Source: Candidatus Phascolarctobacterium caballi (GTDB lineage Bacteria; Bacillota; Negativicutes; Acidaminococcales; Acidaminococcaceae). From it: 45,318 nucleotides of DNA. The translations under genes were made by a program, and so were the position numbers. Location: assembly GCA_018065225.1 (NCBI GenBank), contig JAGHTS010000213.1:1-45318 (forward strand), given 5' to 3'. Position 1 is the stretch's first letter. Each line of letters starts with the position of its first letter. The notes beneath the pieces were generated by a model that had not been told where the DNA came from, did no database searches, and saw only the letters and a list, made by a program, of their open reading frames with translations. Positions 18,328 to 26,645 of the stretch are shown piece by piece.

Positions 18328-19321
18328 AACCATCTATGATACAGACTTTACAACATACCTGCCGGAAGCATTAAAGAAAGACCCTAAAATGGTAGCGCTG
18401 GCAAAGGCTGCAACGGACGAACTATTGAAAGCGTCTGGGCTGGTTGACGACGTTTTAATATATTCCAGATTTGATGAACTACCAGAAGAACTGGTGGACA
18501 TATTGGCGTATGACCTGCACGTAGACTGGTACGACTTCAATTATCCATTAGAAGCAAAACGGGACTTGGTAAAAAACAGCGTAAAGGTGCATAAGAAGAT
18601 GGGCACAAAATACGCCATTGAAACTGCACTGGGCAGTTTGTTTTCTGGAAGTGAGGTTGAAGAGTGGTTCCAGTACAACGGAGAACCGGGACATTTTCAC
18701 ATAATACTTGACGTAACAAACCAGCGAATTACAGCAAGCTATCAAGAAATCATAAGAGCGGTGAAGCTATATAAAAGGCTATCGGCACACATGGACGAAT
18801 TGACCTATCAAGGAAGTATTCACACAGAAATACGGACGCACGGCGAATATTACAGATACAGCACGCCTTTGACTGGAAGATTGAATGCGGGCACATATCC
18901 ATACAGAAACATGAAAGGAAAGCAAGACAATATAACGGTCATTGTTGGAAGCGACAACGCAGGCTTTATCTTCCATGCGCCAGCAGCGGGCACAATGCCA
19001 TACAGAAATACTGTATTCGGTAACAGCACGGCGCATATCGACGCAGAAACGGCGCTAAATGTGTTTGAGTATAGAAATACACCAGCAGGAAAGAAAAAGG
19101 CGGGAGAAACGCCACAGAGAAGCCAGAAAGGGCAAACAAACAGTGCGGAAGTAACAATGCAAGACGCAGCAGAAGCATTCACATATAAAACCGCAGCAAC
19201 CGGGACGGTTCCAGAGAGAAGCACAACGCAAAGAACGCAGGGTGGAGCGGTGGAAAATTCCGTGCAAGCAACGGGTTATTCATACACGGTAAAATCGTGT
19301 GGAAGCACCCGGAAATTATAA
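18320..19321 (+). CDS. Baseplate/tail protein I-like (P2 gpI / XkdU-like) with a C-terminal extension
   Basis: ATG 18320 after GGAGG. 'ELPEELVDILAYDLHVDWYD' is gpI-like. The C-terminal part carries reiterated 'G-T-x-P-Y-R-N' motifs. Confidence 0.6.
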   Translation: MSKTIYDTDFTTYLPEALKKDPKMVALAKAATDELLKASGLVDDVLIYSRFDELPEELVDILAYDLHVDWYDFNYPLEAKRDLVKNSVKVHKKMGTKYAIETALGSLFSGSEVEEWFQYNGEPGHFHIILDVTNQRITASYQEIIRAVKLYKRLSAHMDELTYQGSIHTEIRTHGEYYRYSTPLTGRLNAGTYPYRNMKGKQDNITVIVGSDNAGFIFHAPAAGTMPYRNTVFGNSTAHIDAETALNVFEYRNTPAGKKKAGETPQRSQKGQTNSAEVTMQDAAEAFTYKTAATGTVPERSTTQRTQGGAVENSVQATGYSYTVKSCGSTRKL

Positions 19322-19336
19322 AGGAGGTGAGAAGCT

Positions 19337-19648
19337 ATGTTGACGCAGAATGCAATCAATGATTTTAAGAATTTCATTGATAATACGATTGCATACGCAA
19401 AAGTCACGGTGAACGGTGCCACAAGTGAAAAAGTGATACACCGCAGGGAACGTCTGGCAGATGGCAGGGTTGCTGTATATATCCAGATAACACCAGAGAT
19501 AAGCGGAGCAGCAACCGTGCAGAGAGTGCAGCTATACAACAAGCATAAAGAGTTGTGGGCTGACAAAGCGGTAAATATTCCGCTTAACAATGTGCAAGAG
19601 GGTGTTTTATACCGTTTTGTATTCGACTTTGTAGAAAAGGAGGTGTAA
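19337..19648 (+). CDS. Hypothetical tail-fibre-associated protein
   Basis: ATG after AAGGAGGTGA; 103 aa. Confidence 0.4.
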   Translation: MLTQNAINDFKNFIDNTIAYAKVTVNGATSEKVIHRRERLADGRVAVYIQITPEISGAATVQRVQLYNKHKELWADKAVNIPLNNVQEGVLYRFVFDFVEKEV

Positions 19649-19652
19649 AGGA

Positions 19653-20147
19653 ATGTACGAACCTAAATTGTGGCAAGACCACGTAACGGAATATGAAGAC
19701 CGTTACACTGAAAGCAGAAATGATGATGGAACTATCACCCACACACCAGTTGAGGGCGAAGTTATCCAGCAGGGAACCCCACAGAACGCAAAGAACTTCA
19801 ACCACATGGAGCAGGGCATATCTAATGCAACAGAGTTGGCGGCGCTTCTGACAATTACAACCATTCACGGGCAGCAGGCAATCAAAGATTTGCAGGGAGA
19901 AACAAAGAGTGTTTCAATGAGCAATTCGCAGCAGTACCCGTTCAACAATTCAAAAACAACAGTTGCTTTGTCGGAAGAAAGAAACCATCTTGACTACACC
20001 GTGGAAGCGGAAGTGGAAGAGTGCAACGGCGGCTTTGTCGGTGATATTGTCGTTTCAGAAAAGCTATTAAATGGCTTCAAGATTGCATACACTGGCAGCG
20101 CAACCAGCGTGAAAGTAAAAGTATATGTGAAAGGCGGGTTTTATTGA
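19653..20147 (+). CDS. Tail fibre/fibre-base protein (tentative)
   Basis: ATG after AAGGAGGTG. The N-terminus 'YEPKLWQDHVTEY..GTPQNAKNFNHMEQGI' is common in Gram-positive phage fibre proteins. Confidence 0.45.
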   Translation: MYEPKLWQDHVTEYEDRYTESRNDDGTITHTPVEGEVIQQGTPQNAKNFNHMEQGISNATELAALLTITTIHGQQAIKDLQGETKSVSMSNSQQYPFNNSKTTVALSEERNHLDYTVEAEVEECNGGFVGDIVVSEKLLNGFKIAYTGSATSVKVKVYVKGGFY

Positions 20148-20335
20148 TGGCAGCAGGCGTAATTATTAAGGACGAAGCGAAAAAGCAGCACGAAAATGAA
20201 ATTTTACGTTCATTTGGAGTGCAGCAGGGACAAGCAACAGCCGCACAGAGAGAAGCGGCAGAGGTAATTGCAGCCCGCACAAGCGAGGTTGCAGGAATGC
20301 AGAATGGAGGTAAGAAATATTATGGCTTCTACTAA
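20144..20335 (+). CDS. Hypothetical small protein
   Basis: 63 aa; start overlaps the upstream stop. Confidence 0.35.
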   Translation: MMAAGVIIKDEAKKQHENEILRSFGVQQGQATAAQREAAEVIAARTSEVAGMQNGGKKYYGFY

Positions 20336-20678
20336 CAAAATTATTGTAATTGAGAAGACACCGGGAACACACATTGAATATGCGCTTTCTGGTGGTAAGA
20401 AAATCACTTTTGGTGATGATGAATTGACAATCAATCTTGCAAGCCGTGAAAGAGATTATGAAGTTTCATTGGACATTTGTATTGATGAAGAAGACGGCGT
20501 GGTAATTGGCACTGGTGGCAAGGCGCAGAAGTATGCTGCACAAGTTATAATTCCAGCACGCAGATATGATGTAATCGAAGACGGGGAAGACGAGCAGGGA
20601 AACCCAAGAGAAGTGCCAGTGCCTATTCCTTTTGATATGTCATTATGTACACTTATTTTATGGGGATTGGAGGTATAA
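20322..20678 (+). CDS. Hypothetical protein upstream of the DGR target
   Basis: ATG 20322 after GGAGGTAAG; 118 aa. Confidence 0.45.
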   Translation: MASTNKIIVIEKTPGTHIEYALSGGKKITFGDDELTINLASRERDYEVSLDICIDEEDGVVIGTGGKAQKYAAQVIIPARRYDVIEDGEDEQGNPREVPVPIPFDMSLCTLILWGLEV

Positions 20679-20681
20679 AAA

Positions 20682-21722
20682 ATGTCTAATTTTGATGATT
20701 TAGCAATGGCGGTAGCGTCCTTTGGAGGAAACAACGCCGTAAAGTTTGATGATTTGGGTATGCCATCAATTATGGTGGGTATTCCTAAAATGAAGTATTC
20801 TGACCTTATCACCGGGGGCACACAAGAAACATTGCCTTGGTGGATTGTTGATGGAGTAGAAAAGGAAGTTATCTGGGTATCAAAATACATTAACTGCGTT
20901 GTAAACGACAGAGCGTATTCGTTGCCTATGAAAGACCCTAAATGCTATATCAATTTTGACCAAGCATTAGCAGCTTGTAGAAAGAAAGGCGCTGGCTGGC
21001 ACTTAAACCAGAACGGCGTATTTGCAGCAATCAACCTTTGGTGCCAGCGTAACGGCTTTATCCCAAGAGGTAACACAAACTGGGACAGAAGCTATGTAAA
21101 GGCATACGAAAAGGGTATCAACACATACATTGACGGTTCGCACGGCGGCGGTAGAACTGCAACTGGTTCTGGTCCTATGACATGGAACCACGACGGAACA
21201 CCAGCGGGAATTGCTGACCTTTGCGGCAACTGCTGGGAGTGGGTAGCTGGTATGCGTATCAAAAATGGTGAAATTCAGATTATCCCATACGGTAACAGCA
21301 TGAAGTCAGATTGCGACATGAGCGACGCAAGCACAGAATGGAAAGCAATCAAGCCGGACGGTTCACTTGTGGCACCGGGAACAGCAGGAACACTGCATTA
21401 TGATTATGTTTCCGGCAAAATCGTTATCAACACAAGCACAAGCGCAACCGCAAGTTGGAATACACCTTTTGGAAATGTGGCAGCAGCAAGTGGCGTAACA
21501 ATTCCACAGATTGCAGTTGCAGCTGGTTTGATTAAGGATAGCGCAGACAACTACGGCACAAGCGGTCACCAGCAGTATGTCAATACTGACGGTGAGCGTC
21601 TGCCTCTCCGGGGTTCGAGCTTCAGCGGCACTTCCAGCGGTGGTGGCGCTGCGTTGCTCTTGCACCACGGGCGTACTCTCAGCAACAGCTACGTTTCGTT
21701 CCGCTCCGCTTTATATGAGTAA
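20682..21722 (+). CDS. DGR target protein, FGE-sulfatase/C-type-lectin-fold receptor-binding candidate
   Basis: 'AGIADLCGNCWEWVAGM' is a GN[VC]WEW-type FGE/CLec motif. The C-terminal 37 codons are the variable repeat. It sits at the distal end of the tail-fibre block. Confidence 0.85.
   Translation: MSNFDDLAMAVASFGGNNAVKFDDLGMPSIMVGIPKMKYSDLITGGTQETLPWWIVDGVEKEVIWVSKYINCVVNDRAYSLPMKDPKCYINFDQALAACRKKGAGWHLNQNGVFAAINLWCQRNGFIPRGNTNWDRSYVKAYEKGINTYIDGSHGGGRTATGSGPMTWNHDGTPAGIADLCGNCWEWVAGMRIKNGEIQIIPYGNSMKSDCDMSDASTEWKAIKPDGSLVAPGTAGTLHYDYVSGKIVINTSTSATASWNTPFGNVAAASGVTIPQIAVAAGLIKDSADNYGTSGHQQYVNTDGERLPLRGSSFSGTSSGGGAALLLHHGRTLSNSYVSFRSALYE
21601..21711 (+). repeat. DGR variable repeat (VR)
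   Basis: Gap-free 111-bp alignment to 22317-22427 (offset 716) with 14 mismatches, each opposite an A in the TR. VR ends 11 nt before the stop codon. Confidence 0.9.
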
Positions 21723-21748
21723 CTGGGAACTGGGCACAGATAAACTGC

Positions 21749-21770
21749 GGGGATTGCGGCAGCAATCCCC
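21749..21770 (+). promoter_or_regulatory. Perfect 9-bp stem / 4-nt loop hairpin downstream of VR (DGR target-recognition-type element)
   Basis: 'ggggattgc' - 'ggca' - 'gcaatcccc', 38 nt after the VR end. No T-run follows, so it is not a terminator. Confidence 0.6.
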
Positions 21771-21802
21771 ATATAAAAATATTGTGAAAAGGTGGTTGAA
21801 AT

Positions 21803-22252
21803 ATGCCAGAAGATACAGCAGAACAGTTGCCCAAGCTGGATAATGTGTGCGACAATGCAACACCAGAAGACTTCAAAATGAAAAACAAAGTCTATGAGTT
21901 GCTAAAGTATGCAGGACCACAGCTGGAAGAGTTTCCACGGGCAAAACGTGAACTTGCCAGAAAAATTGATGAAACAATGCTGGAAGTGTTGCGCTTGGTG
22001 GTAACGCTGGAAAATAAGCACTATAAGAAAACCACGCTTGGTGACTTGGACAATGAACTTGACGTGCTGCGGCACCTTGTCAGATTGGCGGCAGACGCAG
22101 ACTACACAAGAAGCAAGAAACCATGTTTGCCAATCAAGAAATATGAAATGATGGCAAGATACATCAATGAAATAGGGAACATGATTGGTGGATATTATAA
22201 GTCACTGAATGGCAGCCCGCAGAGTAGCGGAAACAATGCCAAAAAGAAATGA
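21803..22252 (+). CDS. avd: Accessory variability determinant (Avd-like helical bundle)
   Basis: 149 aa, basic and helical. Motif 'YELLKY..FPRAKRELARKIDETMLEVLRLVV..LDVLRHLVRLA'. Lies between target and TR. ATG follows AAGGTGG. Confidence 0.7.
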   Translation: MPEDTAEQLPKLDNVCDNATPEDFKMKNKVYELLKYAGPQLEEFPRAKRELARKIDETMLEVLRLVVTLENKHYKKTTLGDLDNELDVLRHLVRLAADADYTRSKKPCLPIKKYEMMARYINEIGNMIGGYYKSLNGSPQSSGNNAKKK

Positions 22253-22254
22253 TA

Positions 22255-22279
22255 AAAAGCAGGGTAAAACCTGCTTTTT
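22255..22279 (+). terminator. Intrinsic terminator between avd and TR
   Basis: 'aaaagcagg' - 'gtaaaa' - 'cctgctttt' followed by a T-run. Confidence 0.6.
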
Positions 22280-22316
22280 GTATTTGGGGAATAAGCCGTT
22301 AATAGAGGACTTGCCG

Positions 22317-22427
22317 TGCCTATCCGGGGTTCGAGCTTCAACAACACTTCCAACGGTGGTGGCGCTGCGTTGAACTTGAACAACGAGCGTACTAACAGCA
22401 ACAACAACGTTTCGTTCCGCTCCGCTT
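22317..22427 (+). repeat. DGR template repeat (TR)
   Basis: Non-coding copy of VR with 26 adenines. Read in the VR frame it holds 10 AAC codons plus ATC and GAG. Confidence 0.9.
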
Positions 22428-22692
22428 CACCCCATTTTGCCAGTAGTCGTGCCCATACGTGGACACGTCCAGTGCGCTTGGGTTAAAGGGGCTTATTTCC
22501 ATTCCAAAGGGGGACCAGAACAGCTGGGAACCGTAGGAAAAAGATTGAATTGCCGTAACGATAGTTAGTAAGTAGCAAAGCTGCTGAAAGTCAGTACCGG
22601 GAAACTGAATGTATATATCACGTTTGGACTGCGTAGACCCGCAGTTTGATTTGTACGGCGCTTATTTTGGTTAGTTAAGGAGGGAAAAGCAA
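22317..22692 (+). ncRNA. Putative DGR template RNA (TR plus 265-nt spacer up to the RT start)
   Basis: No plausible ORF. Several local stems, e.g. 'actgcg'..'cgcagt'. Position matches the TR-spacer RNA of characterised DGRs. Confidence 0.4.
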
Positions 22693-23790
22693 ATGCAGAC
22701 AATAAAAAATATTTTCCCCATGATATATGACTTTGAAAATCTGTTCAATGCTTATAAAGCCGGGATAAAGTGCAAAAGATACCGGGAAGACGTAATGCGT
22801 TATACGGATAAGCTGGAAGAAAACTTGATTGAGTTGCAAAACGAACTTATCTGGAAAACCTACACAGTAGGGAGATACAACATATTTTATGTGTACGAAC
22901 CTAAAAAGCGCATGATTATGTCATTGCAGTTCAAAGATAGAGTGGCACAGCACGCCATATATAGGCAGCTGAACCCGTATTTTGAAAAGCAGTTTATACA
23001 TGACAGCTACGCTTGCAGAGTGGGAAAAGGGACGCACAAAGCAGTCAACCGCTTGCATAATTGGTTGAAGCAGACTGACAGAAAACCGCAACGCTATTAT
23101 TACTTAAAGCTGGACGTATCAAAGTATTTTTACAGAATAGACCATGAAATTTTGATGAATATTTTGCGGAAAAAGATTGCTGATGAAGATTTGTTGCACG
23201 TCTTGTCAGTGATTATAAACTGCGAAGAAACAAAATTTGGTCTTCCAATGGGTGCAGACATTGGGGACGTGGCGTTTGATGAATTGCTGGGAGAAGTTGG
23301 GCTGCCTATTGGCAATTTGACTTCACAAATGTTCGCAAATCTATACTTGAACGAACTTGACCAGTTCTGCAAACACAAATTGCACCTGCATTATTACATA
23401 CGCTATATGGACGACATAATAATACTGCATAAAGACAAAAAGTACCTTGAAAAAGTAAAAAGGAAAATTGCAGAGTTTCTGGAAAGTGAACTGCATTTGC
23501 AGCTAAACAAAAAGACTTGCATTAGACCAACCAGCATGGGCATTGAGTTTGTGGGCTTCCGTATCTGGTCAACACATATAAAGTTGCGTAAGAAGACAGC
23601 AAAGAAGCTGAAAAGACGCTTGCAATATATGTTTGCAGCGTATGCAGCGGGAGAAATTGACAAAGATACACTGGATAGGTCAGTTGCTTCATATCGTGGA
23701 ATTTTGAAGCATTTTAACAGTTACGGTCTGCGCCAAAGCCTTAACGAAATTTATGTAAAGGAGGTGACGCAGAATGGAACAGAGTTTTGA
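22693..23790 (+). CDS. DGR reverse transcriptase
   Basis: ATG after TAAGGAGGG. 'YIRYMDDIIIL' (YMDD) and 'LPIGNLTSQMFANLYLNELD' (DGR-type GxxxSQ motif). 365 aa with no maturase or endonuclease domains. Confidence 0.9.
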   Translation: MQTIKNIFPMIYDFENLFNAYKAGIKCKRYREDVMRYTDKLEENLIELQNELIWKTYTVGRYNIFYVYEPKKRMIMSLQFKDRVAQHAIYRQLNPYFEKQFIHDSYACRVGKGTHKAVNRLHNWLKQTDRKPQRYYYLKLDVSKYFYRIDHEILMNILRKKIADEDLLHVLSVIINCEETKFGLPMGADIGDVAFDELLGEVGLPIGNLTSQMFANLYLNELDQFCKHKLHLHYYIRYMDDIIILHKDKKYLEKVKRKIAEFLESELHLQLNKKTCIRPTSMGIEFVGFRIWSTHIKLRKKTAKKLKRRLQYMFAAYAAGEIDKDTLDRSVASYRGILKHFNSYGLRQSLNEIYVKEVTQNGTEF

Positions 23791-24037
23791 AAGAGAAGTG
23801 CTTGACAGATTAAAGACAATCGAAATCAAACTTGACGGCTACGGGGACGTAAAAGCCAAAGTCTATGAGAATGAGCGCAAAATACTTTTGCACGAAAGCG
23901 AAATCAAAGACATACGGCAGGACTTTGAAAAGCAGCAAGAAGAAACACGCTGGCTGAAAAGAACAGTAATTGCAGCAATAATTACCGGGCTTATTGGCAT
24001 TCTTGTTGCGTTTTTAAGGGTTGGAATTGGAGTATAG
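23774..24037 (+). CDS. XhlA-like lysis-associated membrane protein
   Basis: 87 aa with a coiled-coil N-half and one C-terminal TM segment 'VIAAIITGLIGILVAFL'. Overlaps the RT gene end by 17 nt. Confidence 0.5.
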   Translation: MEQSFEREVLDRLKTIEIKLDGYGDVKAKVYENERKILLHESEIKDIRQDFEKQQEETRWLKRTVIAAIITGLIGILVAFLRVGIGV

Positions 24038-24051
24038 GAGGAAAAGGCGAA

Positions 24052-24435
24052 ATGAAATACTTATTGTTTTTCGTTATCGGCTTTCTGGCAGCATTCACAC
24101 TGTTTGTGATATATAACCTGCCTGCATTAAGGCTGAAACGAAAGAAGAGAAAAGAAGAATTGGAAAAGAACCCAGACAGAAAAACCAGCGCAACAAAGAT
24201 TGTGTTGTTTTCTATACTTTTAACCTACTACATAGCATTTGCGGTGGGTGTATGGGCTGTATTGACACAAGACGTGTACCAGCTGTCAGTATTACTGACA
24301 TTTGTTGGAGGGGTGACAGCTGCGGCAGTGGCTTTCTATTGCTGGAAAGCAAAAGCGGAAAATCTATTGAAAATTAAAGCTGCACACCCGGACTTATGCG
24401 GCTCATTGTCTGATTTTTCCAATATGTCACAGTAA
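24052..24435 (+). CDS. Multi-pass membrane protein (holin-like)
   Basis: 127 aa with about 3-4 hydrophobic segments, immediately upstream of the endolysin. Confidence 0.5.
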   Translation: MKYLLFFVIGFLAAFTLFVIYNLPALRLKRKKRKEELEKNPDRKTSATKIVLFSILLTYYIAFAVGVWAVLTQDVYQLSVLLTFVGGVTAAAVAFYCWKAKAENLLKIKAAHPDLCGSLSDFSNMSQ

Positions 24436-24453
24436 TGACGGGAGGTGCAAGAA

Positions 24454-25929
24454 ATGGCATTGAACGGAAATACAAACGAAGAAAAGATTTGGAATTTTCT
24501 AAAATCAAAAGGGCTTAACAGCTTTGCTGTTGCAGGATTGATGGGCAACTTATTTGCGGAAAGTGGATTGAACCCAAAGAACCTGCAAAACAGCTATGAA
24601 AAGAAACTGGGACACACTGACGAAACATACACGGCGGCGGTTGATAGCGGGAAATATAAAAACTTCAAAAGCGACGCCGCCGGATATGGTCTGGCGCAGT
24701 GGACATACGGCACAAGGAAAGCGGCACTGCTGGAATACGCAAAAAGCGGTGGAAAGTCGGTGGGCGACCTTGAAATGCAGCTGGGGTTCCTTATGAAAGA
24801 ATTGACGGGCAATTATGCAGGCGTTTTAGCTGAAATAAAAAAAGCAACAAGCGTTTTGCAGGCTTCAAATACAGTATTGATGAAATTTGAACGCCCGGCA
24901 GACCAGAGCGAAGCTGTACAGAAGAAGCGTGCTGCGTATGGTCAAACATATTATGACAAGTACGCAGCTGCAAAAAACAATACACAGAATGGAGGTACAA
25001 GCAATATGAATGTATCAGAAGTTAGAAAGAAGTTTGCAGCAATTGCAACAAAGTACAAGGGCGTGAAAGAGGGAAGCGCCCAGCACCACGCAATCATTGA
25101 CAAGTACAATGCGCACAAGCCACTTGCAAGAGGGTACAAAGTAACCTATACGGACGCTTGGTGCGCCACATTTGCTTCTATGGTTGCCATTGAAGCTGGT
25201 TACACAGATATTATACCTACTGAATGCGGCTGCAATGCACAGATTGCATTATGGCAGAAGATGGGCAGATGGTGCGAGAATGACGCAAAGGTGCCAGAAC
25301 CGGGCGACTATATTTATTATGACTGGGACGACAACGGAAATGGAGATTGCACGGGTGGTTCGGAACACGTTGGAATTGTAACAGCCGTAAACGGCAATAC
25401 AATTACAGTAACAGAGGGCAACAAGTCAAACGCAGTAGGCGACAGAACATTGCAGGTCAACGGGCGCTATATCAGAGGTTACGGCGTGCCGGACTTCTCA
25501 AAGAAAGCAACTGCGGACAAGCCAAAGCAGGAAGAGCAGAAGCCGGACGACAACACAGAATTTGCACTGGGCGAAGTGGTAATGTTCAACGGCAATACAC
25601 ATTACACAAGCGCAAATGCAACAGACGGCAAAAGCTGCAAGCCGGGTAAAGCAAAGGTAACACAGAAATATAACGGCAAACACCCTTATCATGTAGTTAG
25701 AGAGGGCGGCGACGGTGGCAGCGTTTGTGGCTGGGTAAATGCTTCTGATTTATCACACATCAACAGCGCAGCGGAAAGAACATACACAGTCAAGAGCGGT
25801 GACAGCCTTTGGGCTATTGCAGCAAAGCAGCTGGGCGACGGTTCCAGATACAATGAAATTAAGACTATGAATGGTCTTTCAAGTAACACAATTTACGCAG
25901 GGCAGGTATTGAAATTGCCTACAAAATAA
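24454..25929 (+). CDS. Multidomain endolysin (lysozyme-like + CHAP/NlpC + SH3-like + LysM)
   Basis: ATG 24454 after GGGAGG. 'AGLMGNLFAESGLNP..YGLAQWT' is lysozyme-like. 'DAWCATF..EHVGIV' gives a Cys/His peptidase. C-terminal LysM 'YTVKSGDSLWAIAAKQLGDGSRYNEIKTMNGL'. Confidence 0.85.
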   Translation: MALNGNTNEEKIWNFLKSKGLNSFAVAGLMGNLFAESGLNPKNLQNSYEKKLGHTDETYTAAVDSGKYKNFKSDAAGYGLAQWTYGTRKAALLEYAKSGGKSVGDLEMQLGFLMKELTGNYAGVLAEIKKATSVLQASNTVLMKFERPADQSEAVQKKRAAYGQTYYDKYAAAKNNTQNGGTSNMNVSEVRKKFAAIATKYKGVKEGSAQHHAIIDKYNAHKPLARGYKVTYTDAWCATFASMVAIEAGYTDIIPTECGCNAQIALWQKMGRWCENDAKVPEPGDYIYYDWDDNGNGDCTGGSEHVGIVTAVNGNTITVTEGNKSNAVGDRTLQVNGRYIRGYGVPDFSKKATADKPKQEEQKPDDNTEFALGEVVMFNGNTHYTSANATDGKSCKPGKAKVTQKYNGKHPYHVVREGGDGGSVCGWVNASDLSHINSAAERTYTVKSGDSLWAIAAKQLGDGSRYNEIKTMNGLSSNTIYAGQVLKLPTK

Positions 25930-25952
25930 GAGCATAGCAGGAGGATTGAACC

Positions 25953-26531
25953 ATGAACAACATTATCATTTGCGCAGTGCAGCTGGTAGTTGCAGTTGCA
26001 GCGTTTTTATTCGGTAAATATGTTTTTCCAGAGGTAAAAGAGTACATACCAGAGGTTGTGGAAAATTTGACCATTATTGAAAGATGGGCAGCAAAGTTTG
26101 TTGTCTGGGCAAAAGAGTTCCAGAAAGACAAGCCGGGAAAAGAGAAAATGAATGCAGTTGTTGAAAAACTAAAAGAGATTGCAGACGCAGCCGGGCTGGA
26201 TATTACAGAAGACCAGATAAGGGCTATTGCGCAGACGGCGTATGAAGCAATGATGGCGGGTGAGCAGCAGGGAAACAATATTGAAGAAGCAGTGGCGCTT
26301 GAAGCGGTGCAGCAGTTCCCGCAGCTAACAATCAATATCAACGCAAACACCGGGGAAACGGACGTGGAGAAAATAGCCATTGCAACGAATAACGTGCCAG
26401 AGGGTGCAACAGAACAGAACCCAGATGGAACATACAACGTATATGACGCAGCCGGGAATATGACTGGGACTATATCAGCGGAAGAATACGAAGCAGCAAC
26501 AAAGGACGTTGACAAAGTAGTTATTGAGTAA
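25953..26531 (+). CDS. Holin-like protein (LL-H-type, single N-terminal TM)
   Basis: N-terminal TM 'IIICAVQLVVAVAAFLFG' followed by an acidic helical tail. Position follows the endolysin. Confidence 0.5.
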   Translation: MNNIIICAVQLVVAVAAFLFGKYVFPEVKEYIPEVVENLTIIERWAAKFVVWAKEFQKDKPGKEKMNAVVEKLKEIADAAGLDITEDQIRAIAQTAYEAMMAGEQQGNNIEEAVALEAVQQFPQLTININANTGETDVEKIAIATNNVPEGATEQNPDGTYNVYDAAGNMTGTISAEEYEAATKDVDKVVIE

Positions 26532-26580
26532 CTGCAAGAAATAGCACTGACAGCGCACAGAATAAGCCATATTAAAGAAT

Positions 26581-26620
26581 AAAGCCCGTAGGTGATTAAC
26601 TTATCACCTGCGGGCTTTTT
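26581..26620. terminator. Bidirectional intrinsic terminator
   Basis: 13-bp stem (gcccgtaggtgat / atcacctgcgggc) with T5 on the + strand and a T-run on the - strand. Separates the convergent lysis and accessory genes. Confidence 0.75.
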
Positions 26621-26645
26621 GTCGTTTATGGGCTTATTTGAGGGC

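Larger units (their letters stand above)
20682..23790 (+). mobile_element. Diversity-generating retroelement cassette (target-avd-TR-RT)
   Basis: All four canonical parts lie in canonical order. The VR/TR pair has adenine-only mismatches. Confidence 0.9.

Noticed and set aside
21577-21843. 88-aa + ORF overlapping the VR and the hairpin
   Set aside because: It is an alternative frame of the target gene's 3' end, running through the regulatory hairpin into avd. It has no SD.
22326-22340. 'GGGGTTCGAGCTTCA' in the TR (and in the VR at 21610-21624) resembles a tRNA T-arm
   Set aside because: No acceptor, D or anticodon arms can be folded around it. It is part of the DGR repeat pair.
22693-23790. 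RT as a retron or group II intron RT
   Set aside because: There is an adjacent TR/VR pair with A-only mismatches, an Avd-like gene and a GxxxSQ motif. I saw no msr/msd-like inverted repeats, no intron RNA domains and no maturase or endonuclease domains.
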